Below are positions 38,301 to 48,840 of a stretch of DNA of 64,000 bases, piece by piece. The position numbers and the translations under genes were made by a program. The stretch comes from Macrostomum hystrix (lineage: Eukaryota > Animalia > Platyhelminthes). The stretch is taken from contig CATNEN010000014.1 of NCBI GenBank assembly GCA_950097015.1, positions 372,001 through 436,000 on the forward strand, given 5' to 3'. The notes under the pieces were generated by a model. The model made no database searches. It was not told where the DNA came from and worked only from the letters and a program-made list of their open reading frames with translations. Every line of letters starts with the position of its first letter. Position 1 is the stretch's first letter.

Positions 38301-40788
38301 CCACTGCATTAGCAATCCCCACCGAATCAGTCCCAATGGATTAGCAATCCCCACCGAATCAGTCCCAATGGATTAGCAATCCCCACCGAATCAGTGCCAA
38401 TGCATTAGCGATCCCCACCGAATCAGTCCCAATGGATTAGCGATCCCCTCCGAATCAGTCCCAACGGATTAGCAATCCCCTCCGAATCAGTGCCACTGCA
38501 TTAGCGATCCCCTCCGAATCAGTCCCAATGGATTAGCGATCCCCTCCGAATCAGTCCCAATGGATTAGCGATCCCCACCGAATCAGTGCCACTGCATTAG
38601 CGATCCCCTCCGAATCAGTCCCAATGGATTAGCAATCCCCACCGAATCAGTCCCAATGGATTAGCAATCCCCACTGAGTCAGTGAGTGAGTCCCAATGGA
38701 TTAGCAATCCCCACCGAATCAGTCCCAATGGATTAGCAATCCCCACCGAATCAGTGCCAATGCATTAGCGATCCCCACCGAATCAGTCCCAATGAATTAG
38801 CGATCCCCACCGAATCAGTCCCAATGGATTAGCGATCCCCACCGAATCAGTGCCAATGCATTAGCGATCCCCACCGAATCAGTCCCAATGGATTAGCGAT
38901 CCCCACCGAATCAGTGCCAATGCATTAGCGATCCCCACCGAATCAGTGCCACTGCATTAGCGATCCCCACCGAATCAGTGCCAATGCATTAGCAATCCCC
39001 ACCGAATCAGTGCCACTGCATTAGCGATCCCCTCCGAATCAGTCCCAATGGATTAGCGATCCCCACCGAATCAGTGCCAATGCATTAGCGATCCCCACCG
39101 AATCAGTTCCAATGGATTAGCAATCCCCACCGAATCAGTGCCAATGCATTAGCGATCCCCACCGAATCAGTCTCAATGGATTAGCAATCCCCTCCGAATC
39201 AGTCCCAATGGATTAGCGATCCCCACCGAATCAGTCCCAATGGATTAGCAATCCCCACCGAATCAGTCCCAATGGATTAGCGATCCCCACCGAATCAGTG
39301 CCAATGCATTAGCGATCCCCACCTAATCAGTGCCAATGGATTAGCAATCCCCACCGAATCAGTCTCAATGGATTAGCAATCCCCTCCGAATCAGTCCCAA
39401 TGGATTAGCGATCCCCACCGAATCAGTCCCAATGCATTAGCGATCCCCTCCGAATCAGTCCCAATGGATTAGCAATCCCCACTGAGTCAGTGAGTGAGTC
39501 CTAATGGATTAGCGATCCCCTCCGAATCAGTGCCACTGCATTAGCGATCCCCTCCGAATCAGTGCCACTGCATTAGCGATCCCCTCCGAATCAGTGCCAC
39601 TGCATTAGCGATCCTCACCGAATCAGTGCCACTGCATTAGCGATCCCCTCCGAATCAGTGCCACTGCATTAGCGATCCCCACCGAATCAGTGCCACTGCA
39701 TTAGCGATCCTCACCGAATCAGTGCCACTGCATTAGCGATCCCCTCCGAATCAGTCCCAATGGATTAGCGATCCCCTCCGAATCAGTGCCACTGCATTAG
39801 CGATCCTCACCGAATCAGTGCCACTGCATTAGCGATCCCCTCCGAATCAGTCCCAATGGATTAGCGATCCCCTCCGAATCAGTCCCAATGGATTAGCGAT
39901 CCCCTCCGAATCAGTGCCACTGCATTAGCGATCCTCACCGAATCAGTGCCACTGCATTAGCGATCCCCTCCGAATCAGTGCCACTGCATTAGCAATCCCC
40001 ACTGAGTCACTCTCAATGGATTAGCGATCCCCACCGAATCAGTGCCACTGCATTGGCGATCCCCACCGAATCAGTCCCAATGGATTAGCAATCCCCACCG
40101 AATCAGTCCTAATGGATTAGCAATCCCCACCGAATCAGTCCCAATGGATTAGCGATCCCCACCGAATCAGTCCCAATGGATTAGCAATCCCCACCGAATC
40201 AGTCCCAATGGATTAGCGATCCCCACCGAATCAGTCCCAATGCGTTAGCAATCCCCACCGAATCAGTCCCAATGGATTAGCAATCCCCACCGAATCAGTC
40301 CGAATGGATTAGCGATCCCCACCGAATCAGTGCCAATGGATTAGCGATCCCCACCGAATCAGTGCCAATGGATTAGCAATCCCCACCGAATCAGTGCCAA
40401 TGGATTAGCGATCCCCACCGAATCAGTCTCAATGGATTAGCAATCCCCACTGAGTCACTTCCAATGGATTAGCAATCCCCACCGAATCAGTCCCAATGCA
40501 TTAGCAATCCCCACCGAATCAGTCCCAATGGATTAGCGATCCCCACCTAATCAGTGCCAATGGATTAGCGATCCCCACCGAATCAGTCTCAATGGATTAG
40601 CAATCCCCACTGAGTCACTTCCAATGGATTAGCGAATCAGATCCAATCCAAGAATGGAATGTCCAAGCTTGATAAACAGTGACTCGACCTTCCAGATCTT
40701 TCTACTCGTGAAGCTCGGTCCGGCTGCCATTGAAAGCATGGCGTCCAACCAAGCCTCCGTGGGTCTCGCCATGGCCAGCAAGCAGTGA
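29393..40788 (+). CDS. GABA-B-receptor-like class C GPCR (Venus flytrap + 7TM_3), 14 exons, about 737 aa
   Basis: Exons 29393-29620, 29724-29861, 30170-30340, 30434-30535, 30752-30826, 30919-31107, 31177-31413, 31643-31706, 31796-31873, 31966-32348, 32446-32568, 32635-32728, 32868-33106, 40696-40788. Signal peptide; SDRSKYPYFIR; FFGLTGRVQFDSRGDR; IKMSSPLVNN; FGAMLAKTWRVHRIF; AWETRGVQLEALNDSKTIG (GABA-B2-type TM motifs). The last intron requires a GC donor. Confidence 0.88.
29937..30110 (+). mobile_element. Probable tRNA-derived SINE remnant in GPCR intron 2
   Basis: Head with degenerate A-box (tagccctctgg) and B-box (gaggtcgggagtttgaatttcc) at tRNA spacing, followed by ctgagaaaagggtacctgg, which resembles the aaatgggtacc motif of many invertebrate SINE bodies. 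The intron is about 200 nt longer than its neighbours. Confidence 0.5.
33137..40640. repeat. 32-bp satellite (7.5 kb) filling the last GPCR intron
   Basis: Unit accgaatcagtcccaatggattagcgatcccc with tgccactgca and other variants; about 234 copies. Confidence 0.98.
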
Positions 40789-41254
40789 CTGCAGCACCAG
40801 CAATGCCCGGCTCCTGTTGACAGAGGAACGAACGCAACTGCACTAAAACTGTAGCTCTAGAGTTAGCCAGTAAAGCACGATCCCAGTTTAATTATATAAT
40901 TGTAGCTCATAGTAGCTTGTAGCTTATACATATGAGCATATTAGCGTTAGTTAAGCGGCCTAGAGATAACAGTGTAACACAGAAAATAAGCTTAGGCAAG
41001 CCTGTCCTCTGTTCGCTAACTTAACTACTTCAGAAGACGAAAGCCACCTAGCTTAGAAAACTAGCACTAGCCATTTATACTTCGATTTCTTTAAGTTTGA
41101 CCACAGCTTCTTAGATAAGAGCAGCTGTGCAAAATAAATACACTGCATGTGACAGAGGCTGTTATGAGCTGGAACAGCTGCAACAAGTACATCTCTGCTC
41201 ATTACAGAAATATAACCAATGCTAGAAATTCGATAGAAACCAATGCGCCTATCT

Positions 41255-42030
41255 TCCGCCATGCCCTCTATCTGGTGTCCGCCATGCCCTCTATCTGGTG
41301 TCCGCCATGCCCTCCGTCTCCTGCCCGCCGTGCCCTCCGTCTCCTGCCCGCCATGCCCTCCGTCTCCTGCCCGCCGTGCCCTCCGTCTCCTGCCCACCAT
41401 GCCCTCCGTCTCCTGCCCGCCGTGCCCTCCGTCTCCTGCCCGCCGTGCCCTCCGTCTCCTGCCCGCCGTGCCCTCCGTCTCCTGCCCGCCGTGCCCTCCG
41501 TCTCCTGCCCGCCGTGCCCTCCGTCTCCTGCCCGCCATGCCCTCCGTCTCCTGCCCGCCGTGCCCTCCGTCTCCTGCCCGCCGTGCCCTCCGTCTCCTGC
41601 CCGCCATGCCCTCCGTCTCCTGCCCGCCATGCACTCCCTGTCTCCTGACCGCCATGCCCTCCGTCTCCTGCCCGCCATGCACACCCTGTCTCCTGACCGC
41701 CATGCCCTCCGTCTCCTGCCCGCCATGCACACCCTGTCTCCTGACCGCCATGCCCTCCGTCTCCTGCCCGCCATGCACTCCGTCTCCTGTCCACCATGCA
41801 CTCCGTCTCCTGCCCGCCATGCACTCCGTCTCCTGCCCGCCATGCACTCCGTCTCCTGCCCGCCATGCACTCCGTCTCCTGTCCGCCATGCACTCCGTCT
41901 CCTGCCCGCCATGCACTCCGTCTCCTGCCCGCCATGCACTCCGTCTCCTGCCCGCCATGCACTCCGTCTCCTGCCCGCCATGCACTCCGTCTCCTGCCCG
42001 CCATGCACTCCGTCTCCTGTCCGCCATGCC
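41255..42030. repeat. 23-bp C-rich minisatellite between the convergent GPCR and USP 3' ends
   Basis: Unit tgccctccgtctcctgcccgccg / tgcactccgtctcctgcccgcca. Confidence 0.95.
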
Positions 42031-42599
42031 CCAATATACCCACCATGCCATCCCTCTGGCTCCTGCCCACCAGGACCAATTGTACATGTAAGACAGCAAT
42101 AACACCCATGTAAGAAATGATTGGAGTTGTTGGAGAGCACGATAAGGTTAATCATCTGTCTCAATACCGCACAGTGAATCGTACAAGTGTCACAAAGACG
42201 CCTTGATCTTTAATAATGCCTCATTAAATTTCTCAGTAGCTGAGCCATGCGACTCAAGTGTCATCAGCATAAAATAAAAGGGCATGAGAATAACACTCGA
42301 CTCCGAAACCAGTCACTGTAACACTCACGGGACAGCTTCAAGGGACAAAAAAGTCAAATGAAAGGTCAGAGGACAGGATCGGGGCAAATGCGGCTTCTCT
42401 AGTAGGCTAGCAGGCGCTAAGAATGTCGGCATGTTAATCAAAAAGGCCAGGAGCAGAAACAGGAGTAACAGCAACAGAGACAAAGAAAACAAAAGCAGAG
42501 GACTGGCTGTTCGGTCGAAGCAATTTCCCTTCGGTTCGGGTCGTACATTAAACAGATCAGCGGCAGTCGAGTAGCAACACGATGCAACTCCGCCGCGGT

Positions 42600-45500
42600 T
42601 CAAGGCTCAGCATGCGACTCGACTGGCGGCGACTCGGCTGTCGGTGGCTCGGCTGTCGGTGGCTCGGCTGTTGGTGGCTCGACTGGCGGCGACTCGGCTG
42701 TCAGTGGCTCGGCTGTCGGTGGCTCGGCTGTCGGTGTCTCGACTGGCGGCGACTCGGCTGTCGGCAACTCGGCTGTCGGTGGCTCGGCTGTCGGTGGCTC
42801 GACTGGCGGCGACTCGGCTGTTGGCAACTCGGCTGTCGGTGGCTCGGCTGTCGGTGGCTCGGCTATCGGTGGCTCGGCTGCCGGTGGCTTGGCTGTCGGC
42901 GGCTCGACTGGCAGCGACCCGGTTGGCGGCGGCTCTGTCGGTGGATCGGCTGTCAGCGACCTCGATGGTTCAGCTGATGCGGGCTCAGCGGCGAGAGCAT
43001 CCAGCACAGCGCAGTCGGGCTGGTCCAATCGAGCATAGAACAGCAGGTAGGCCTCAGCGCTCAGCGCTTGGGCCTCGGAAGAGGGCGACACGTGCGAGTC
43101 GCTGATGTGGTACCAGCGGCCGGACTGGGTGCAAACGAAGGCGGTGTAGTGGCCGCCTGAGAGGCTGCCCGAGTGCTCCACGAGCGAGCAGAGCCGGAAC
43201 TCGCTGGTCTGGCCGGGAAGGCGAAGTCGCAGGGGGCAGCGAATGTGGGCGCCGGACTTGCGCAGCTGACGGCCCTGCTGGGCGAAGCGCTTGAGCTGAA
43301 GCGTAAGGAGCCGTGGCGGCTGCTCAATCAGCAGCCGTTTGCTGTGGTCTGTGGCTGTGCCGCAGGTGGTGCAGCGGACGCGGTTGCCAGCGGTGAGCAG
43401 CTCGGCAGCGGTGAATTGGAACAGGCAGCGCTCCAGCGTGCCGGGCAGAGGCAATGGCTCAGTCCGCGGCTGGTGCTGCGACGCGCACTGCGAAGAAGAC
43501 GGAGGCACCTTGGCCGCGGAGTTGTCGGCTTCATCGGACTCGCTGCTGTCTGCCAGGCAGCCCTCCAGAGTGTCGGTGCGGTTCAGCCGCTCGGGCGCAA
43601 AGTCCGCATCGGAGCCAGAGTCAAAGGCGCTGCCGCCCTCGACCGCCTTGGCGTCCACCTTCACCTCATCACACTCGGGCTCGGGTCCCGCCTGATCCAC
43701 ACTTGGCGGGGCCTTCTCTGCTTCGACCCGAGCCACCGTCGCCACCTCGTACTCGCCAGCAACTTTGCCAGCTTGCTGTTGCTCCTCGCCCGCCTCAGCG
43801 CCAGCGGCCTCATCTGAACTGCCGTCAGTCTTGTTGGGATTCTCAGCCGCGCACGCGTCCAGCTCGGCTTTCTCGGGCTCGGCGGTGGCATCGTCAAGCG
43901 ACAGGCTGGCGAGCTCTTTCTCCGCTTCCAGATCGTCCAGCCTGCCGTTCTCCGCCTGCCTCTGCTGCTGCTGCTTGACCGCGCGCTTCTGCTGCTTTCG
44001 CGTCAGCCGCTGCTTCTTTCGGCCTTTCTGACGCAACTCCCGCTGGTTGGGCTCCGGCGTCGCATTGTTCGAAGGCGAATCAGCGACTTCGCCGGAAGCT
44101 GCAAGGCGCGGCGCAGTCGGCCTGTGATGCACGGTCTCTGCGATGGGCAGCATGAGGTCCTGAAACATCTCGGAGGTGCGCGACTCGTGCCGGCATTGCA
44201 AGCAGACCAGCTCCGAGACCAGACGGCCCGAGAACTGTGCGTCCACCACCGTGCTGTCCCTGGCGGCATGGTTTAGGGCGCGGGCACGATCTCGGAGCTC
44301 AGGAGGGACCTGCGAAATCGGGATAAGGCGGCAGCCAGTAGCGTGAACAAGTGTGTTAAGCTACGTGAACAAGTGTGTTAAGCTACGTGAAAAAGTGTGT
44401 TAAGCTACGTGAACAAGTGTGTTAAGCTACGTGAACAAGTGTGTTAAGCTACGTGAACAAGTGTGTTAAGCTACGTGAACAAGTGTGTTAAGCTACGTGA
44501 ACAAGTGTGTTAAGCTACGTGAACAAGTGTGTTAAGCTACGTGAACAAGTGTGTTAAGCTACGTGAACAAGTGTGTTAAGCTACGTGAACAAGTGTGTTA
44601 AGCTACGTGAACAAGTGTGTTAAGCTACGTGAACAAGTGTGTTAAGCTACATAAGCTACACATGCCATTTGCCCATTTCAGCCAAGTCGCACCTGCTTCG
44701 GATCGCTGGACTTGCCGAGACCAAGGCTGGCGAGGATAGCGGACTGAACTCGGCGCACCTCCTCCATCTTGCAGGCGTCCATGAGGGTCCTGAGAAGCTC
44801 GTGCGCGTCTTGTTGCTGGCGGCCGCGGAATCGGGGATTCCGCTCCGTCACAAGGCTCAGCAGCTCGGAGGGCCGGTAGGCTGGCTGTTGTCCCGGACCA
44901 CCGCCGCAGCCACGCACGGCCGCCAGCGTGACAGCCAGGCACTTCGTAGTGCGGCCCGCAGGCTCCGTCAGGCGAAGCCGCAGCGGCTCAGAGTCGGGCG
45001 GGGTCAGCGTCAATTCGTCAGTGGCGGGGCCATCGATGTGCCTGGCGAGGGCCTCAGTCAGGCCGGGCAGGTGTGCCAGGCACTGGAGGATGGAGTTGAA
45101 GAAGCAGGTGTTGCCCAAGTTGGCTAGGCCGCGGCATTCCCGACCTGCAAAGGCGGCCGCGGTGGCTGCGGCCCGACAGTCGGCAGCAGCAGCCGGTGGC
45201 AAGGCGGCCAGGCGGTCCGTGTGGCAGCGCAGAAGGTTGCATGCGGTGGCGAAGTCACCAGAGCCGCTGGCGGGAAGCTCGCGGTCGCAAACGTAGCACC
45301 AAGCCTGGGGGTGCGGAGCAAATCGTGAGCAGCATTTTAGCACCAGCGATGGGCTTGTTAAGGGATATTTTCCCTTTATATGAGGAAGTCTTTCTTTCTG
45401 AGGGACTAGGACACTTATATTTGAGTATTCTTAGTCAATGGGCACTTCGCCCCTTACCTGGAGTTGGTCTAGCGACACTGCCACAGGGTGCCCAGCAGCC

Positions 45501-45757
45501 TTGAAGTGCTTCAGGGCCCAGCGGCAATCAGTGTAGCGGCCGCAGCCGGCAGCGGCGCACCGCATGCAGAACCAGAGGCCGCCAGAGGCTCCACCAGCAC
45601 AGCCACCGCAGACAGGCGGACAAGGCTGAGCCTGGGCACTGCCGCCTAGCTGAAGGAGAGCCTTCCGAACTGCCGCCAGGTCCACGCCGGCCTGCAGGTG
45701 CGGGCAGCGGTTGCCACCGCCTGCGGAAGCTGCAGAATGGCGCTTCTTCTTTGTCAT
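42600..45757 (-). CDS. USP16/45: Ubiquitin-specific protease USP16/USP45 family (zf-UBP + peptidase C19), 3 exons, about 873 aa
   Basis: Exons 45757-45458, 45304-44693, 44309-42600. zf-UBP CPHL...WFCMRCAAAGCGR...ALKHF...AWCYVCD; Cys box GLANLGNTCFFNS; QQDAHELLR; His box SLVEHSGSLSGGHYTAFV; WYHISDSHV...AYLLFYAR. Confidence 0.93.
42625..42960 (-). repeat. 15-bp exonic minisatellite encoding (AEPPT)n in the USP C-terminus
   Basis: Minus-strand unit gccgagccaccgaca, about 22 copies, in frame within ORF 42600-44309. Confidence 0.9.
44342..44657. repeat. 22-bp minisatellite, USP intron 2
   Basis: Unit cgtgaacaagtgtgttaagcta, about 14 near-identical copies. Confidence 0.97.
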
Positions 45758-45797
45758 GGCTGCGGGACGGCGATAAGACAGGCTTAGTGAGGCACAT

Positions 45798-46787
45798 GGC
45801 TAGCCTGCACTGACATTGGGAAATGCAGCTAGCCTGCACTGACATTAGGGAAATGCAGCTAGCCTGCTCTGACATTAGGGAAATGCAGCTAGCCTGCACT
45901 GACATTAGGGAAATGCAGCTAGCTTGCTCTGACATTAGGGAAATGCAGCTAGCCTGCTCTGACATTAGGGAAATGCAGCTAGCCTGCACTGACATTAGGG
46001 AAATGCAGCTAGCCTGCTCTGACATTAGGGAAATGCAGCTAGCCTGCTCTGACATTAGGGAAATGCAGCTAGCCTGCTCTGACATTAGGGAAATGCAGCT
46101 AGCCTGCACTGACATTAGGGAAATGCAGCTAGCCTGCTCTGACATTAGGGAAATGCAGCTAGCCTGCACTGACATTAGGGAAATGCAGCTAGCCTGCACT
46201 GACATTAGGGAAATGCAGCTAGCCTGCTCTGACATTAGGGAAATGCAGCTAGCCTGCACTGACATTAGGGAAATGCAGCTAGCCTGCACTGACATTAGGG
46301 AAATGCAGCTAGCCTGCTCTGACACTAGGGAAATGCAGCTAGCCTGCTCTGACATTAGGGAAATGCAGCTAGCCTGCACTGAAATTAGGGAAATGCAGCT
46401 AGCCTGCTCTGACATTAGGTAAATGCAGCTAGCCTGCTCTGACATTAGGGAAATGCAGCTAGCCTGCTCTGACACTAGGGAAATGCAGCTAGCCTGCTCT
46501 GACACTAGGGAAATGCAGCTAGCCTGCTCTGACATTAGGGAAATGCAGCTAGCCTGCACTGAAATTAGGGAAATGCAGCTAGCCTGCTCTGACATTGGGA
46601 AATGCAGCTAGCCTGCTCTGACATTAGGGAAATGCAGCTAGCCTGCTCTGACATTAGGGAAATGCAGCTAGCCTGCACTGACATTAGGGAAAAGCAGCTA
46701 GCCTGCACTGACATTAGGGAAATGCAGCTAGCCTGCTCTGACACTAGGGAAATGCAGCTAGCCTGCTCTGACATTAGGGAAATGCAG
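45798..46787. repeat. 30-bp minisatellite immediately upstream of the USP start (5'UTR intron or outron)
   Basis: Unit gctagcctgc(a/t)ctgacattagggaaatgca, about 33 copies. Confidence 0.97.
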
Positions 46788-47226
46788 CAGGGAAATGTAG
46801 GAAAGAGAGGATAAAAGAAATACAGCAAAGCAGACATAAAAGAACCAGGTGTATCTTAAGTTTATTGTACGAATATTTAAACACAGCGGAAATGGGAGTT
46901 TGAGTGCAAAACCAAATGAGCACCAAGAAACAACTTGAGTAGACAATCAGTGCTTAAGTCAGAAACGATTTGAGGTGATGTGTGTGCTCTTACACGTAAA
47001 TGGACTCGACTTGATATCAAAAGCTGGCGGTTGAAGCTGAGATTATTGAGAATTACATCAATACTGCAGCTGAAGCGGTTAGCGCTGAACAAAAGTTTAA
47101 TCAGTGTTGGGCAGAGAAGCAGGCCATATTGAACTCACGCAATTAGAAAGCTGCGGCAAAATAACCTGCCAAAATAAAGCGATTTGAGATATGCGCGGAT
47201 TGTCCATCAGATAATGCAACTACCAC

Positions 47227-48730
47227 AACTGTTGACTCAGCTAATACAGTGGAATAGGCATTCAGTGACTCACAATAGAGCTGTCAATCAACTGTTGACT
47301 CACAGCTAATACAGTGGAATAGGCATTCAGTGACTCACAATAGAGCTGTCAATCAACTGTTGACTCACAGCTAATACAGTGGAATAGGCATTCAGTGACT
47401 CACAATAGTGCTGTCAACCAACTGTTGACTCAGCTAATACAGTGGAATAGGCATTCAGTGACTCACAATAGAGCTGTCAACCAACTGTTGACTCAGCTAA
47501 TACAGTGGAATAGGCATTCAGTGACTCACAATAGTGCTGTCAACCAACTGTTGACTCAGCTAATACAGTGGAATAGGCATTCAGTGACTCACAATAGTGC
47601 TGTCAACCAACTGTTGACTCAGCTAATACAGTGGAATAGGCATTCAGTGACTCACAATAGAGCTGTCAACCAACTGTTGACTCAGCTAATACAGTGGAAT
47701 AGGCATTCAGTGACTCACAATAGTGCTGTCAATCAACTGTTGACTCAGCTAATACAGTGGAATAGGCATTCAGTGACTCACAATAGTGCTGTCAATCAAC
47801 TGTTGACTCAGCTAATACAGTGGAATAGGCATTCAGTGACTCACAATAGAGCTGTCAATCAACTGTTGACTCAGCTAATACAGTGGAATAGGCATTCAGT
47901 GATTCACAATAGTGCTGTCAATCAACTGCTAACTTACAGCTAATACAGTGGAATAGGCATTCAGTGACTCACAATAGTGCTGTCAATCAACTGTTGACTC
48001 AGCTAATACAGTGGAATAGGCATTCAGTGACTCACAATAGTGCTGTCAACCAACTGTTGACTCAGCTAATACAGTGGAATAGGCATTCAGTGACTCACAA
48101 TAGAGCTGTCAATCAACTGTTGACTCACAGCTAATACAGTGGAATAGGCATTCAGTGACTCACAATAGTGCTGTCAATCAACTGTTGACTCACAGCTAAT
48201 ACAGTGGAATAGGCATTCAGTGACTCACAATAGAGCTGTCAATCAACTGTTGACTCACAGCTAATACAGTGGAATAGGCATTCAGTGACTCACAATAGTG
48301 CTGTCAATCAACTGTTGACTCAGCTAATACAGTGGAATAGGCATTCAGTGACTCACAATAGTGCTGTCAACCAACTGTTGACTCACAGCTAATACAGTGG
48401 AATAGGCATTCAGTGACTCACAATAGTGCTGTCAATCAACTGTTGACTCAGCTAATACAGTGGAATAGGCATTCAGTGACTCACAATAATGCTGTCAATC
48501 AACTGCTGGCTCACAGCTAATACAGTGGAATAGGCATTCAGTGACTCACAATAGTGCTGTCAATCAACTGTTGACTCACAGCTAATACAGTGGAATAGGC
48601 ATTCAGTGACTCACAATAGTGCTGTCAATCAACTGTTGTCAGCTAACACAGTAGAATAGGCATTCAGTGACTCACAATAGTGCTGTCAATGCTATCAATC
48701 AACTGTTGTCAGCTAACACAGTAGAATAAG
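47227..48730. repeat. 63/65-bp minisatellite between the ACP 3' end and the USP 5' end
   Basis: Unit actgttgactcagctaatacagtggaataggcattcagtgactcacaatagagctgtcaatca, about 23 copies. Confidence 0.97.
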
Positions 48731-48840
48731 CATTCATGGGATACAAAAATAAGACAAAAGATTTAACACAAAAATAGTGTGATGGTGGGCAAGGCTTCAC
48801 TGTTGGCCTGCTGTGATTCACTGAGCCTCTGAGCTCAGAC

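Noticed and set aside
44342-44657. HIF response element array (TACGTG in each unit)
   Set aside because: A short motif at a unit junction inside an intron; no supporting context.
45798-46787. Interstitial telomere (TTAGGG once per 30-bp unit; also in some 49451 units)
   Set aside because: Single hexamers embedded in longer units, not tandem (TTAGGG)n; compatible with chance.
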